Shown one piece after another: positions 44,943 through 56,149 of a stretch of 64,000 nucleotides of DNA. The position numbers and the translations under genes were made by a program. The stretch covers positions 390,068 to 454,067 of the forward strand of contig CAKTEQ010000001.1 of NCBI GenBank assembly GCA_934552825.1, given 5' to 3'. The stretch comes from an uncultured Oscillospiraceae bacterium. Lineage in GTDB: Bacteria; Bacillota; Clostridia; Oscillospirales; Oscillospiraceae. The notes beneath the pieces are model-generated. The model searched no databases and had not been told where the DNA came from. It saw only the letters and a list, made by a program, of their open reading frames with translations. How positions within the stretch are numbered: position 1 is the stretch's first letter; the number at the start of each line of letters is the position of its first letter.

Positions 44943-46154
44943 ATGCTTTCTTACATTGTCTGGCCTTTTGCCAAGCTCCTGATGCTCTTCTATGATCTGA
45001 CCGGCAGCTACGCATTGGCACTCTTCGGATTTTCACTTGTCATCAAGCTCATTCTGTTCCCCTTCTATATGAAGGGCAAGAAGGGCATGATGAAAATGAG
45101 CCGGCTCTCCGCAAAGGTCAAGGAGCTGGAGAAGAAATACGAAGGCAACCAGCAGAAGTACAGCGCCGAGGTACAGAAGCTGTATAAGGAAGAGAATGTC
45201 AACCCCATGTCCGGGTGCATATGGAACCTTATCCCGTTTCCCATCCTCCTGCTGCTGTACAGCATAATTCGTCATCCTATCACAAAGCTCATGGGCATCG
45301 CGAAGGAGCATCTGCCCACTATTGCGAAGATCGCCGGCTCCGCCGTTGACTACACGACGGCCTACGGCGAGATGAACCTTGCCGCTGAGGCTGCGCCCTT
45401 CGCCTCCAAGATAACCGCCGCCGGTATCGCCGGCTTCGTGGCTATCGACTTTACGTTCCTGGGGCTCAATCTGGACGCAACGCCCAGATTTCTGTTCTTC
45501 ACAGGCAGCGACCCCTGGCATTGGGCTCAAATCGGTCTGTGGCTCATCCCGATCATCTCCGGTGCGCTCTCCCTTCTGCAGAGCATCATAAGCCAGAAGA
45601 TGAATCCCACGCCCACAGCCGACGCCGGAGCGAAAACATCCAATAAGACCATGCTCATCATGATGCCTCTGATCTCTATCTGGATCGGTTTTGCCATGCC
45701 CGCCGCAATGAGCATCTACTGGATAACAAACTCTATTCTCGGTATCGTCCAGGACATCATCTCCACAAAGCACTATCAGAAGGTTTTTGCGAAAGAGGAT
45801 GCCGAAAAAATCGCCGCCACAAAGGCAAGAGAGGCGGCTTTCGAGGAAAAGCGCCGTGTCCGCGAGGAAAAGATTGCCGAGACGGGCTCTACCTACAGAG
45901 ACAAGAACACCAGCAAGAAAAAAATTCAGAAGTCCGAAAAAACTCAGGCGGAGACCGCCGAGCGGGAATACAAGGTCCGCACCGGCCAGATAAAGACCTC
46001 TCAGGTGGGCGACCGTCCCTTCGCAAGGGGACGTGCTTACGATCCCAACCGCTATGCCTCTCCTCAGCCGGAAAACGAAGTTCCGGAGAGGGAGACGCCC
46101 GCACCTGTTGAGGAATCCGCCGAGAACAAGGATCACTCTGACAGCGAAGAATAA
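44943..46154 (+). CDS. yidC: membrane protein insertase YidC with a long basic C-terminal tail
   Basis: YidC/Oxa1 core (MSRLSAKVKELEKKY.., NPMSGC) and a Lys/Arg/Glu-rich tail. Confidence 0.9.
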   Translation: MLSYIVWPFAKLLMLFYDLTGSYALALFGFSLVIKLILFPFYMKGKKGMMKMSRLSAKVKELEKKYEGNQQKYSAEVQKLYKEENVNPMSGCIWNLIPFPILLLLYSIIRHPITKLMGIAKEHLPTIAKIAGSAVDYTTAYGEMNLAAEAAPFASKITAAGIAGFVAIDFTFLGLNLDATPRFLFFTGSDPWHWAQIGLWLIPIISGALSLLQSIISQKMNPTPTADAGAKTSNKTMLIMMPLISIWIGFAMPAAMSIYWITNSILGIVQDIISTKHYQKVFAKEDAEKIAATKAREAAFEEKRRVREEKIAETGSTYRDKNTSKKKIQKSEKTQAETAEREYKVRTGQIKTSQVGDRPFARGRAYDPNRYASPQPENEVPERETPAPVEESAENKDHSDSEE

Positions 46155-46169
46155 AATTTGGAGTGCTAT

Positions 46170-46820
46170 ATGGTAAAAACAGTAGAATTTACCGGCAGGA
46201 CGGAAGAAGAGGCTATCGCCAACGGTCTGAAGGAACTGGGGCTTGAAAGAGACGATGTTTCCGTCGAGATCGTGGAACGCCACAAATCCGGCTTTTTGGG
46301 TATCGGAAGCACTCCTGCCAAGGTCAAGATATCCTACGGCGTGTCCGAGACTGAACGTGTTGAGACATTCCTTAAGGGTCTCGTGGAGCGTATGGGCTCT
46401 GACGCCGTGCCTCATGCGATCCTCGACGAGGAGACCGGCACCATAAAGGTTGAGTTCACCGGCAGCGATCTGGGTATCCTTATCGGCCGCCGGGGCGAGA
46501 CGCTGGACGCTATCCAGCACCTTGCCAACGACGTTATCAACCGCGGTCAGTCAAAGCGCACACGTATCACCGTGGACGCCGAAAATTACCGGGCAAAGAG
46601 AGAGGAAGCTCTCAAGAAGCTGGCTCTCAAAATCGCCGGGAAGGTACGCAAGTACCGCCGCAATGTGACCCTTGAGGCCATGAACTCCTACGAGCGCCAT
46701 ATAATCCACATGGTGCTTCAGGACGAACCCGAGGTGACAACCTTCTCCATCGGCTCCGACGCCAACAGGCGCGTAGTCGTCGCTTACAGCAGGGACAAGG
46801 TCATCGGCGAAAATAAATAA
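46170..46820 (+). CDS. jag: RNA-binding protein Jag/KhpB (Jag_N, KH, R3H)
   Basis: The GRRGETLDAIQHL KH motif and an R3H region (SYERHIIH). Follows yidC. Confidence 0.85.
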   Translation: MVKTVEFTGRTEEEAIANGLKELGLERDDVSVEIVERHKSGFLGIGSTPAKVKISYGVSETERVETFLKGLVERMGSDAVPHAILDEETGTIKVEFTGSDLGILIGRRGETLDAIQHLANDVINRGQSKRTRITVDAENYRAKREEALKKLALKIAGKVRKYRRNVTLEAMNSYERHIIHMVLQDEPEVTTFSIGSDANRRVVVAYSRDKVIGENK

Positions 46821-46862
46821 ACAACTGTACCCGCCTGCCGGCGGGCGAATGGAGATTTTAAG

Positions 46863-47087
46863 ATGTTTGAGAAAATCAGAGATATGATCTCACAGCAGCT
46901 TGATATCGATGCGGCGCATATAAGCATGGACACTGAGATCTTCGAGGATCTGGGCGCAGATTCCCTGGATCTGGTGGAACTGCTCATGGAGGCGGAAGAG
47001 GAGTGGCTCATCACGATCGACGAGGATGAGATAAAGAACTTCAAAACCGTCGGCGATGTGGTTCGTTACATCGAGGATAATATGTAA
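46863..47087 (+). CDS. acyl carrier protein
   Basis: Phosphopantetheine attachment motif DLGADSLD; 74 aa, acidic. Confidence 0.85.
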   Translation: MFEKIRDMISQQLDIDAAHISMDTEIFEDLGADSLDLVELLMEAEEEWLITIDEDEIKNFKTVGDVVRYIEDNM

Positions 47088-47138
47088 CGCATACCGCCGC
47101 TTGTGTGTTGCGGCGTCCGAAATATCGAAGAGAGCGAA

Positions 47139-47173
47139 ATACCCCCTGATGCTGATGCATCAGGGGGTATTTT
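47139..47173. terminator. bidirectional rho-independent terminator
   Basis: 14-bp perfect stem ataccccctgatgc/gcatcagggggtat with a 4-nt loop and a T-run, between the convergent ACP gene and proA. Confidence 0.8.
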
Positions 47174-47182
47174 GATCTTATT

Positions 47183-48430
47183 TTATCTAACCTGCCCGGC
47201 ACCCCGGATAACGTATTTGTACGTCGTCAGCTCTTGCAGCCCCATAGGACCTCTCGCATGGAGCTTCTGAGTGGAAATACCCATCTCACAGCCCAGCCCG
47301 AATTCGCCGCCGTCCGTAAAGCGGGTGGAGACGTTCCAATATACCGCGGCGCTGTCCACAGCATTCAGGAACTGCTCCGCCGCCGCACGGTTCTCCGTGA
47401 CGATGCAGTCACTGTGGTGAGTGGAGTGGATGGCAATGTGCTCCACTGCCTCCTCCAGGGATTCGACAACTTTGACACCCATGACATAGTCAAGAAACTC
47501 CGTGTCGAAGTCCTTGCCGCCCGCGGCTTTGCCGTCGATATATTCTCTGGCGGCCGCGTCAAGACGCAGCTCCACGGGGTTCTCCTTCCGCTCCGTCACA
47601 AGCTTCTCCCTGAGAACAGGCAAAAAGCGCTCGGCAATGTCTCTGTGCACTATGCAGACCTCTGCCGAATTGCATACGCTGGGGCGGCTCGCCTTCGCGT
47701 TGAGGGCTATGTTTGCCGCCATGTCAACGTCGGCGTCCTTGTCCACATAGATATGGCAGATGCCCGTCCCTGTTTCGATGCAGGGGACGGCAGCATTCTC
47801 CACGCACGCCCGGATGAGTCCTGCGCCGCCGCGGGGGATGAGGAGATCCACATATCCCACCGCCGTCATCAGCTCGTTCGCGCTGGCGCGGCTGGTGTCC
47901 TCGATGAGGTTTATGAGATTTTCCGGCAAGCCCACGCTCTTCAGTCCGGCGCGCAGCGCCTTTACAATAGCCGCCGCGGAATTATACGCCTCCTTGCCGC
48001 TTCGCAGTAGGCTCACACTGCCCGCCTTGAAGCTGAGGGCAGCAGCGTCCGAGGTGACGTTGGGGCGGCTCTCATAAATTATCGCGATAACGCCCATCGG
48101 AACGGACACCCGGCGAATATCAATACCGTTGGGACGGGTGATGTGGCTCAACTCAACACCCACAGGGTCGGGCAAGGCGATGAGATCCGTTATGCCCTTT
48201 GCCATGGAGTCTATGCGTCCGCTGTCCAGCTTGAGGCGGTCCATCATTACCTGAGATATTTTCCCCTCCGCAGCCTCCATATCCGCTTTGTTCGCCTCGA
48301 GAATAGCTTCTTCATCGGCTTTAATTGCCGCCGCCATTGCGGCAAGGGCCTGATTCTTCTTCTCTGTAGTCAGTCCGGAGAGTTCCTTTTTGCCCTCCTT
48401 GGCTGCTGTAAGTATTTCAAATGTCGTCAT
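47183..48430 (-). CDS. proA: glutamate-5-semialdehyde dehydrogenase
   Basis: Aldehyde dehydrogenase fold with the ProA-typical catalytic Cys context (VCNSAE); 415 aa. Confidence 0.95.
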   Translation of the reverse strand: MTTFEILTAAKEGKKELSGLTTEKKNQALAAMAAAIKADEEAILEANKADMEAAEGKISQVMMDRLKLDSGRIDSMAKGITDLIALPDPVGVELSHITRPNGIDIRRVSVPMGVIAIIYESRPNVTSDAAALSFKAGSVSLLRSGKEAYNSAAAIVKALRAGLKSVGLPENLINLIEDTSRASANELMTAVGYVDLLIPRGGAGLIRACVENAAVPCIETGTGICHIYVDKDADVDMAANIALNAKASRPSVCNSAEVCIVHRDIAERFLPVLREKLVTERKENPVELRLDAAAREYIDGKAAGGKDFDTEFLDYVMGVKVVESLEEAVEHIAIHSTHHSDCIVTENRAAAEQFLNAVDSAAVYWNVSTRFTDGGEFGLGCEMGISTQKLHARGPMGLQELTTYKYVIRGAGQVR

Positions 48431-49200
48431 TTTTTCTTCCTCCCGATAAAACGCGTGCCCACGCGCTCCCCTTCAACTATTCTGTAGAGTATTTCAGGGT
48501 CTGCGCCGTTGGCTATGACCATATCGCATCCGGCCTCCACGCACATTTCCGCGGCTCTCAACTTCGTAGCCATGCCGCCTGTTCCGAGTTCGCTCCCGGC
48601 ACCGCCGCCGAGGGCTTTTATCTCCTCCGTCAGCTCTTCAACTACTGGAATAAGTTCTGCTTCCGGGTCCTTGTGTGGGTCTGCTGTGTAGAGCCCGTCT
48701 ATATCGCTCAGGAGCACAAGAATGTCGCTGGCTGTGCTCACCGCCACTATGGCGCCCAGCGTATCGTTATCGCCGATGCTTATTTCTTCAGTGCCCACTG
48801 TGTCATTCTCGTTAATGATGGGCAGCACGCCCATTTCCAGCAGTCTCGACGCTGTGTTGCGGAAATTTCTGTGCCGTTCCTCATCCTTTACGTCCGATCC
48901 GGTCAGCAGTATCTGGGCGACAGTGTGGTTGAATTCGGCGAACTGCTTGTCATACACATACATCAGCTCGCACTGACCTACCGCGGCGGCGGCCTGCTTC
49001 GTTGGCATATCCTTTGGCCTCTCCTTCAGCCCGAGCTTGCCCACGCCCATGCCGATAGCACCGGAAGACACCAGTATAACCTCGTGCCCGGCATTTTTAA
49101 TATCGCTGAGTATCTTGCAGAGAGCTTCAACGTGCCGGATGTTGAGCATACCGGTGGGGTAGGTGAGAGTTGATGTGCCGACCTTAACAGTGATGCGCAT
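48427..49200 (-). CDS. proB: glutamate 5-kinase (short form, no PUA domain)
   Basis: Amino-acid kinase fold (VKVGTSTL.., VSSGAIGMG). Its stop region overlaps the proA start by 4 nt. Confidence 0.9.
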   Translation of the reverse strand: MRITVKVGTSTLTYPTGMLNIRHVEALCKILSDIKNAGHEVILVSSGAIGMGVGKLGLKERPKDMPTKQAAAAVGQCELMYVYDKQFAEFNHTVAQILLTGSDVKDEERHRNFRNTASRLLEMGVLPIINENDTVGTEEISIGDNDTLGAIVAVSTASDILVLLSDIDGLYTADPHKDPEAELIPVVEELTEEIKALGGGAGSELGTGGMATKLRAAEMCVEAGCDMVIANGADPEILYRIVEGERVGTRFIGRKKK

Positions 49201-49238
49201 GATTGATTCCTCCAGGAAATATATAATATATTTTATTT

Positions 49239-49267
49239 ATTGTATACCAAGGTCGTTCAGGTGTCAA
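49239..49267 (-). promoter_or_regulatory. putative sigma-A promoter of proBA
   Basis: On the minus strand: TTGACA, 17 nt, TACAAT. Confidence 0.55.
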
Positions 49268-49309
49268 AAAAAAGTAAAAGAAAAGAGCGCCCCTGGCCGA
49301 GCGCTCTTT
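49267..49309 (-). terminator. rho-independent terminator after tadA
   Basis: 9-bp stem aaagagcgc/gcgctcttt followed by a long U-run on the minus strand. Confidence 0.7.
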
Positions 49310-49472
49310 CAGAGAGGGTTACCTTTTTTTGGTTGTTTCCCGGTGTCCCTGTCACACCGGGGTACGAAAAAGAAGGTTCAAATGAAAAAGTCAATATCTT
49401 TCTGACGATTATTAGTGTACCCATGTTTTGTTAACAAATACACAGCTAATTGTTAAGCAAATATTAAATAAT

Positions 49473-49922
49473 TCATTTTTTTCTTGTTTTTTTGAAAAAA
49501 TCCTGAAGGATTTTTCCACACTCCTCTTCCATAATGCCGCCAATGAGCTTCGGCCTGTGCCCGAATCCTTCCTCAAAGACGTTGAGTATACTGCCACAGG
49601 CGCCGAAGGTCCTGTCTTTCGCACCGTAGAACACCTCGGGGACCCGGCTGTTTACGATAGCCCCGGCGCACATGAGGCACGGTTCAAGGGTCACATACAG
49701 TCGGCAGTTCTCCAGGCGCCAGTCACCCAGGGTGAGACACGCTCTGTGTATCGCTATGCTCTCCGCATGGAGCAGCGCGCTGTGGTCATTCTCCCGGCGG
49801 TTGTGCCCGGCGGCGATCACCTCTCCGTCTTTGACTATGACGCAGCCCACAGGGACCTCACCCTCCCTGGCGGCAAGCTGCGCCTCCCGGAGCGCCAGAG
49901 CCATATAATCCTCGTGTTCCAT
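49473..49922 (-). CDS. tadA: tRNA adenosine(34) deaminase
   Basis: Zinc motifs HAE (LLHAESIAI) and PCxxC (EPCLMCAGA). Confidence 0.9.
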   Translation of the reverse strand: MEHEDYMALALREAQLAAREGEVPVGCVIVKDGEVIAAGHNRRENDHSALLHAESIAIHRACLTLGDWRLENCRLYVTLEPCLMCAGAIVNSRVPEVFYGAKDRTFGACGSILNVFEEGFGHRPKLIGGIMEEECGKILQDFFKKTRKK

Positions 49923-49937
49923 ACCGGTGCTCCTTTT

Positions 49938-49975
49938 CCGAAAAGAGGTCTCCCTGGCAGCGCCCTGAGAGACCT
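49938..49975 (-). terminator. rho-independent terminator after eno
   Basis: 8-bp stem gaggtctc/gagacctc with a U-run on the minus strand. Confidence 0.6.
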
Positions 49976-49983
49976 CAGTATTT

Positions 49984-51309
<1,326 letters not shown>

Positions 51310-51315
51310 TCAAAC

Positions 51316-52830
51316 TCAAATAATAAGGCTCTTGCCCTCCATCTCCGGAGGTTTTTCAAGACCCATAATGTCCAAAATCGTGGGGGCTATGTCCGCAAGG
51401 CGGCCGCCCTCTCTAAGCTGAGCCGCAATGCCGCTGATGATGAAGGGGACGGGATTCGTCGTATGAGCTGTCATCGGCTGGCCGTTTTCATCCGTCATGC
51501 ACTCCGCGTTGCCGTGGTCCGCCGTTATGATTGTGATGCCGCCCATCTCGCCCGTTGTCTCAGTGACCATGCCGACACACTCATCCACAGTTTCCACGGC
51601 CTTCACCGCCGCCTCGAACACGCCTGTGTGCCCCACCATGTCGCAGTTGGCAAAGTTGAGCACGATCATATCATACTCGCCGGAGCGGATGCGCCTGCAG
51701 GTCTCCTGCGCTACTTCATAGGCGCTCATCTCCGGCTGCAGGTCATAGGTCGCGACCTTTGGGGAGGGAATGAGGACCCTGTCCTCGCCCACGCAGCTCT
51801 GTTCGGCGCCGCCGTTGAAGAAAAATGTCACATGGGCGTACTTCTCCGTCTCCGCAATGCGGAGCTGAGTAAGGCCGAGCCGGCTCAGGTATTCACCCAG
51901 CAGATTTTCCAGGACCTTGGGACGGAAAGCCACGCTGACTCCCGGGAGCCCTTCTTCATACTGCGTCGTGGAGACAAAATGCACGTAAAAATAGCCGAAC
52001 TTGCGCTCGAAGCCTTCAAACTCCCTGTCCACAAGGGCGTGGGTTATCTCCCTGGCTCTGTCCGGGCGGAAGTTGAAGAATATCACGCTGTCCTCCGGCG
52101 TTATGACGCCGTTGGGGTTACAGATAATGGGCTTTACAAATTCGTCCGTGACGCCCTCTTCGTAGCTCTTTCGCACCGCCTCAACGGGATCGCTCGTGCT
52201 CTTCCCTTCGCCCAGGACCATGGCGTTGTACGCCACCTCCACGCGCTCCCAGCGCTTATCCCTGTCCATGGCGTAGTACCGCCCGACTATGGTCGCGATG
52301 GAGCCGACGCCCTTCTCCTCGATATAATCCCGGAGCTTCTCAACATACCCGGCGCCGCTGGTAGGGGACACGTCCCGCCCGTCCAGGAAACAGTGGACGT
52401 ACACATTAGTGACGCCCAGCATCTTTGCCATGTCAAGCAGAGCGAAAAGATGGTCAATATGGCTGTGGACGCCGCCGTCGCTGAGCAGGCCCATAAGGTG
52501 CAGGGCGTTGCCGGTCTTTACGCAGTGCTCCATGGCGTCCGTATACGCCTTGTTGGAGAAGAAAGCGCCGTTCTTGATAGCCAGAGATATGCGGGGCAGA
52601 TCCTGGAAGACGACGCGCCCGGCGCCGATATTTGTATGTCCCACTTCACTGTTGCCCATCTGCCCCTCCGGCAGGCCCACATCCAGCCCGGAGGCGGAGA
52701 GGGTCGTGTGGGGGCAGGTCGCCCAGAGTCCGTCCAGAACCGGGGTTCGGGCAGCCTTGACGGCGTTGCCCTCTACCTTGTCCGACAGACCGAAGCCGTC
52801 CATTATTATCAATGTGGTTGGTGTTTTCAT
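51316..52830 (-). CDS. gpmI: 2,3-bisphosphoglycerate-independent phosphoglycerate mutase
   Basis: LIIMDGFG.. N-terminus and the catalytic MGNSEVGH motif; 504 aa. Confidence 0.95.
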   Translation of the reverse strand: MKTPTTLIIMDGFGLSDKVEGNAVKAARTPVLDGLWATCPHTTLSASGLDVGLPEGQMGNSEVGHTNIGAGRVVFQDLPRISLAIKNGAFFSNKAYTDAMEHCVKTGNALHLMGLLSDGGVHSHIDHLFALLDMAKMLGVTNVYVHCFLDGRDVSPTSGAGYVEKLRDYIEEKGVGSIATIVGRYYAMDRDKRWERVEVAYNAMVLGEGKSTSDPVEAVRKSYEEGVTDEFVKPIICNPNGVITPEDSVIFFNFRPDRAREITHALVDREFEGFERKFGYFYVHFVSTTQYEEGLPGVSVAFRPKVLENLLGEYLSRLGLTQLRIAETEKYAHVTFFFNGGAEQSCVGEDRVLIPSPKVATYDLQPEMSAYEVAQETCRRIRSGEYDMIVLNFANCDMVGHTGVFEAAVKAVETVDECVGMVTETTGEMGGITIITADHGNAECMTDENGQPMTAHTTNPVPFIISGIAAQLREGGRLADIAPTILDIMGLEKPPEMEGKSLII

Positions 52831-52873
52831 TTTTTCATTTCCCTTTCGGAAAGAAACTTCCGCGGTGCCGGAA

Positions 52874-53644
52874 TTACTGGTTTGCCGCGTCGATTATCTT
52901 CATAAAATCTTCTGCCACGAGGCTCGCGCCGCCGATGAGGCCGCCGTCTATATCCGGCTGAGCGAGAAGCTCAGCCGCGTTTTTCCCGTTCATGCTGCCG
53001 CCGTACTGGATAGTCATGGCGCGGGCGGCGCGGGCGCCGTAGAGCCCCCGCACAACCGCACGTATCTGGGCGCAGACCTCGTTCGCCTCCTCCGCAGTCG
53101 CCGCAAGTCCCGTACCTATCGCCCATACAGGCTCATAGGCTATCACAACGTTTCTCAGCTGCTGAGGAGTCACGCCGTGCAGCGCGCTTTTTACCTGGGC
53201 AGTAATTATCTCCATCGTCACGCCCATTTCACGCTGCGCCTGGGTCTCGCCCACACAGACAATAGCGTTCATGCCTGTTTTGAGGACCGCCGCCAGCTTC
53301 TTGTTCACAACAAGGTCGCTCTCGCCGAACATGCGCCGGCGCTCGCTGTGGCCGATTATGACGTACTTTACCCCCACATCTGCCAGCATTAAGGCGCTTA
53401 CTTCGCCTGTATAGGCTCCGCTCTCCTCATAATGTACGTTCTGGGCCCCCACGGCGATGCGTGTGTCCCGGAAGACACGCATTGCCGCCGCTATGTTCAC
53501 AAAGGGCGGACACACAACAATGTCGCACCATTTGCTCTTGGGCAGCAGCGCCTTTATCTCCTCGCAGAGCGCCTTTGTCTCCGCAGAGGTCTTGTTCATC
53601 TTGAAGTTCGCCGCGATTATCGTTCTTCTGTACCGTCTGTTCAT
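52874..53644 (-). CDS. tpiA: triosephosphate isomerase
   Basis: AANFKMNK, IIGHSERR and YEPVWAIGTG motifs. Confidence 0.95.
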   Translation of the reverse strand: MNRRYRRTIIAANFKMNKTSAETKALCEEIKALLPKSKWCDIVVCPPFVNIAAAMRVFRDTRIAVGAQNVHYEESGAYTGEVSALMLADVGVKYVIIGHSERRRMFGESDLVVNKKLAAVLKTGMNAIVCVGETQAQREMGVTMEIITAQVKSALHGVTPQQLRNVVIAYEPVWAIGTGLAATAEEANEVCAQIRAVVRGLYGARAARAMTIQYGGSMNGKNAAELLAQPDIDGGLIGGASLVAEDFMKIIDAANQ

Positions 53645-53651
53645 GTTTACC

Positions 53652-54845
53652 TCACTTATCCAGCAGACACACCACTCCGGGCAGATCCTTGCCCTCCATG
53701 AACTCCAGGCTGGCCCCGCCGCCTGTTGACACGTGGCTCATCTTGTCCGCATAACCCATCTCTTCAACGGCGGCCGCACTGTCTCCGCCGCCGACTATTG
53801 TCACAGCGTTTGACTGGGCCATCGCGCGGGCAACAGCTTCCGTCCCGGCCGCAAATGCCTTGAATTCAAAAACACCCATAGGACCGTTCCAGATGACCGT
53901 CCCCGCCGTCTTTATCGCCTCTGTGAACAGGGCTGCCGTTGCCTGACCGATGTCCAGGCCCATGTATCCGTCGGGGATGTTCTTAACATCCACCGTGAGA
54001 AACTCGTTCGTGTCCTCAAACTTATCGTTGATGGCCGTATCTACCGGGAGCACCAGCATAACGCCCTTCTTTGCCGCCTTGTCAATAAGTTCCCTGGCAA
54101 GCCCGACCTTGTCCTCTTCGCAGAGAGATGTGCCCACACTGTAACCCATTGCTTTGATAAATGTGAACATCATGCCGCCGCCGATGAGGATCGTGTCCGC
54201 CTTGTCAATAAGGTTCTCAATAACGCCTATCTTTTCGGATACCTTGCTGCCGCCCAGCACGCACACTAGGGGCCGCTTGGGCCTGTCGATCGCCTCGCCG
54301 AGTATCCGCAGCTCCTTCTCAACAAGCAGACCACAGACCGCGGGCAGGTATGCCGCGACTCCGGCAGTGCTTGCATGGGCACGGTGGACCGTGCCGAATG
54401 CGTCGGACACGAATACATCCGCGAAGGACGCCAGCTTTTTTGCGAATTCCGGGTCATTCTTCTCCTCACCCGGCTCGAAGCGGGTATTTTCCAGGAGCAT
54501 GATCTCCCCGCACTTCAGTGCCGCCGCCTTGGCGCAGGCGTCTTCTCCCACAACATCGCGGGCAAAAATTATCTGCTGACCCAGCAGCTCGCCGAGACGT
54601 GCCGCCACCTGCTCAAGACTAAGCTCAGGTACAACCTTGCCCTTAGGTTTGCCCATGTGGGAGCAGGCAATTACAGCCGCGCCCTTGTCCAGCAGGTAAC
54701 GTATGGTGGGAAGGCTCTCCCGGATGCGCGTATCACTCGTGATGGCATTTGTCGCCTTATCACAGGGAACATTAAAGTCGCAGCGCAGGAGAACTTTTTT
54801 CCCTGCAAAATCCATATCGAGGATGCTTTTCTTGTTATATTTCAT
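53652..54845 (-). CDS. pgk: phosphoglycerate kinase
   Basis: RCDFNVP N-terminus and the [10 protein letters not shown]-terminal motif. Confidence 0.95.
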   Translation of the reverse strand: MKYNKKSILDMDFAGKKVLLRCDFNVPCDKATNAITSDTRIRESLPTIRYLLDKGAAVIACSHMGKPKGKVVPELSLEQVAARLGELLGQQIIFARDVVGEDACAKAAALKCGEIMLLENTRFEPGEEKNDPEFAKKLASFADVFVSDAFGTVHRAHASTAGVAAYLPAVCGLLVEKELRILGEAIDRPKRPLVCVLGGSKVSEKIGVIENLIDKADTILIGGGMMFTFIKAMGYSVGTSLCEEDKVGLARELIDKAAKKGVMLVLPVDTAINDKFEDTNEFLTVDVKNIPDGYMGLDIGQATAALFTEAIKTAGTVIWNGPMGVFEFKAFAAGTEAVARAMAQSNAVTIVGGGDSAAAVEEMGYADKMSHVSTGGGASLEFMEGKDLPGVVCLLDK

Positions 54846-54881
54846 ACTTTTCTCCTTAAAAAAGCAAAAATATTTACTAAT

Positions 54882-55352
54882 CTACTCAGCCGGATACAGT
54901 CCGGGAAAACCCATCTGCCGGAGAGCTTCATATACCACTATCGCAACGGAATTCGCCAAGTTAAGGCTCCGGGCCTCATCTATCATGGGTATCCTTACGC
55001 ACTTTTCCGGATATTTCTCCCGCAGCAATTGAGGCAGACCCTTCGTCTCCTTTCCGAACAGGAGGAAATCCCCGTCCCGAAATTCTGCCGAGGTATACGG
55101 GCGGCTGCCCTTCGTCGTCAGTAGCCACAGCCGTTCCGGGGTGTTCCTGCGGAAGAAGTCCTCTATGTTCTCATATTCCCGCACATCCACAAGGCTCCAG
55201 TAATCCAGTCCCGCCCGCTTTACGGCTTTATCCGAAATATCAAACATTATGGGGCGGACTATGTGAAGCACGCTGCCGGTAGCGGCGCAGGTGCGGGCGA
55301 TGTTCCCTGTGTTCATTGGGATTTCCGGTTCTACGAGGACAATATTCAGCAA
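54882..55352 (-). CDS. trmL: tRNA (cytidine/uridine(34)-2'-O)-methyltransferase TrmL (SpoU family)
   Basis: LVEPEIPMNTGNIARTCAATG and a SPOUT C-terminal knot; 156 aa. Confidence 0.85.
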   Translation of the reverse strand: MLNIVLVEPEIPMNTGNIARTCAATGSVLHIVRPIMFDISDKAVKRAGLDYWSLVDVREYENIEDFFRRNTPERLWLLTTKGSRPYTSAEFRDGDFLLFGKETKGLPQLLREKYPEKCVRIPMIDEARSLNLANSVAIVVYEALRQMGFPGLYPAE

Positions 55353-55476
55353 TTAAACGACCTCCGCTGGAATTATTTACAAGACTGATATATTTTATGC
55401 CAATTATGTTAAGATTTCAATGTGTTTTGGGTACAAATAATAATCTTTTTATTGTCAAATTTTAATTTTCAGTGTC

Positions 55477-55510
55477 AAAAAGCGGAGACGGCAATCCGTC
55501 TCCGCTTTTT
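55477..55510. terminator. bidirectional rho-independent terminator after rnhA
   Basis: 14-bp stem aaaagcggagacgg/ccgtctccgctttt. Confidence 0.8.
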
Positions 55511-55511
55511 C

Positions 55512-55949
55512 TTATTTGAATTTCCTGCTCTCCGCGACAGCAAGCTCATCGCAGCGGTTGTTATAGGGATTCTCCGCGTGACCCTTGACCCAGGTGAAGG
55601 TCACCCGGTGCTTTTCGCACAGGGTCAGAAGTTCCTCCCACAGCTCCGGGTTCTTCGCCGGCTCCTTTTTAGTGCGCATCCAGCCGTTGGCGCGCCATTT
55701 TTCCGCCCAGCCGAGCTTCATTGCGTCCACAACGTACTTGGAATCGCTGGTAACTGTGACCTCGCAGGGCTCCTTCAGCGCCCGAAGCGCCATTATCACG
55801 CCCGTAAGCTCCATACGGTTGTTTGTAGTCTGCCGCTCGCCGCCGGACATCTCCTTTTTCTGATCCTTGTAGCAGAGTATGGCACCCCAGCCGCCGGGGC
55901 CCGGGTTCCCGGAACAGGCGCCGTCGGTATAGATGTGAACTTCTTTCAT
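55512..55949 (-). CDS. rnhA: ribonuclease HI
   Basis: [17 protein letters not shown] and the DEDD catalytic pattern; 145 aa. Confidence 0.9.
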   Translation of the reverse strand: MKEVHIYTDGACSGNPGPGGWGAILCYKDQKKEMSGGERQTTNNRMELTGVIMALRALKEPCEVTVTSDSKYVVDAMKLGWAEKWRANGWMRTKKEPAKNPELWEELLTLCEKHRVTFTWVKGHAENPYNNRCDELAVAESRKFK

Positions 55950-56149
55950 TCTTCGTCCCTGTACTTTTCCTTCAGCTCCTGCTGAGCTATGGCGCGGTAT
56001 GCCTTGCCCGTCTCGCTGTGATCAATGCCCCAGCGCACCGCACGGCGCAGCACAAAATAGGCTATGCCTATACAGACGCACACGGCAATCACGGCAATCA
56101 GGGCTATAAAGACCGCCATGAGCACTTCGCTGTCGATCCAATCAAGCAT
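55946..56149 (-). CDS. small hypothetical membrane protein (one TM helix)
   Basis: 67 aa. Its start overlaps the gyrA stop region by 8 nt and its stop overlaps the rnhA start by 4 nt. TM segment [26 protein letters not shown]. Confidence 0.5.
   Translation of the reverse strand: MLDWIDSEVLMAVFIALIAVIAVCVCIGIAYFVLRRAVRWGIDHSETGKAYRAIAQQELKEKYRDEE

Noticed and set aside
49253-49423. 57-codon minus-strand ORF (MGTLIIVRKILTFSFEPSFSYPGV...) in the tadA-proB spacer.
   Set aside because: It has no Shine-Dalgarno sequence. It runs through two hairpins, a terminator and the proB promoter, and its codon usage is atypical.
49201-49472. An SRP (scRNA/4.5S) RNA gene, expected because scr follows tadA in B. 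subtilis.
   Set aside because: Neither strand contains the conserved helix-8 (domain IV) motif of the form ..GGUCCGGAAGGAAGCAGCC... The hairpins present look like a terminator plus one simple stem.
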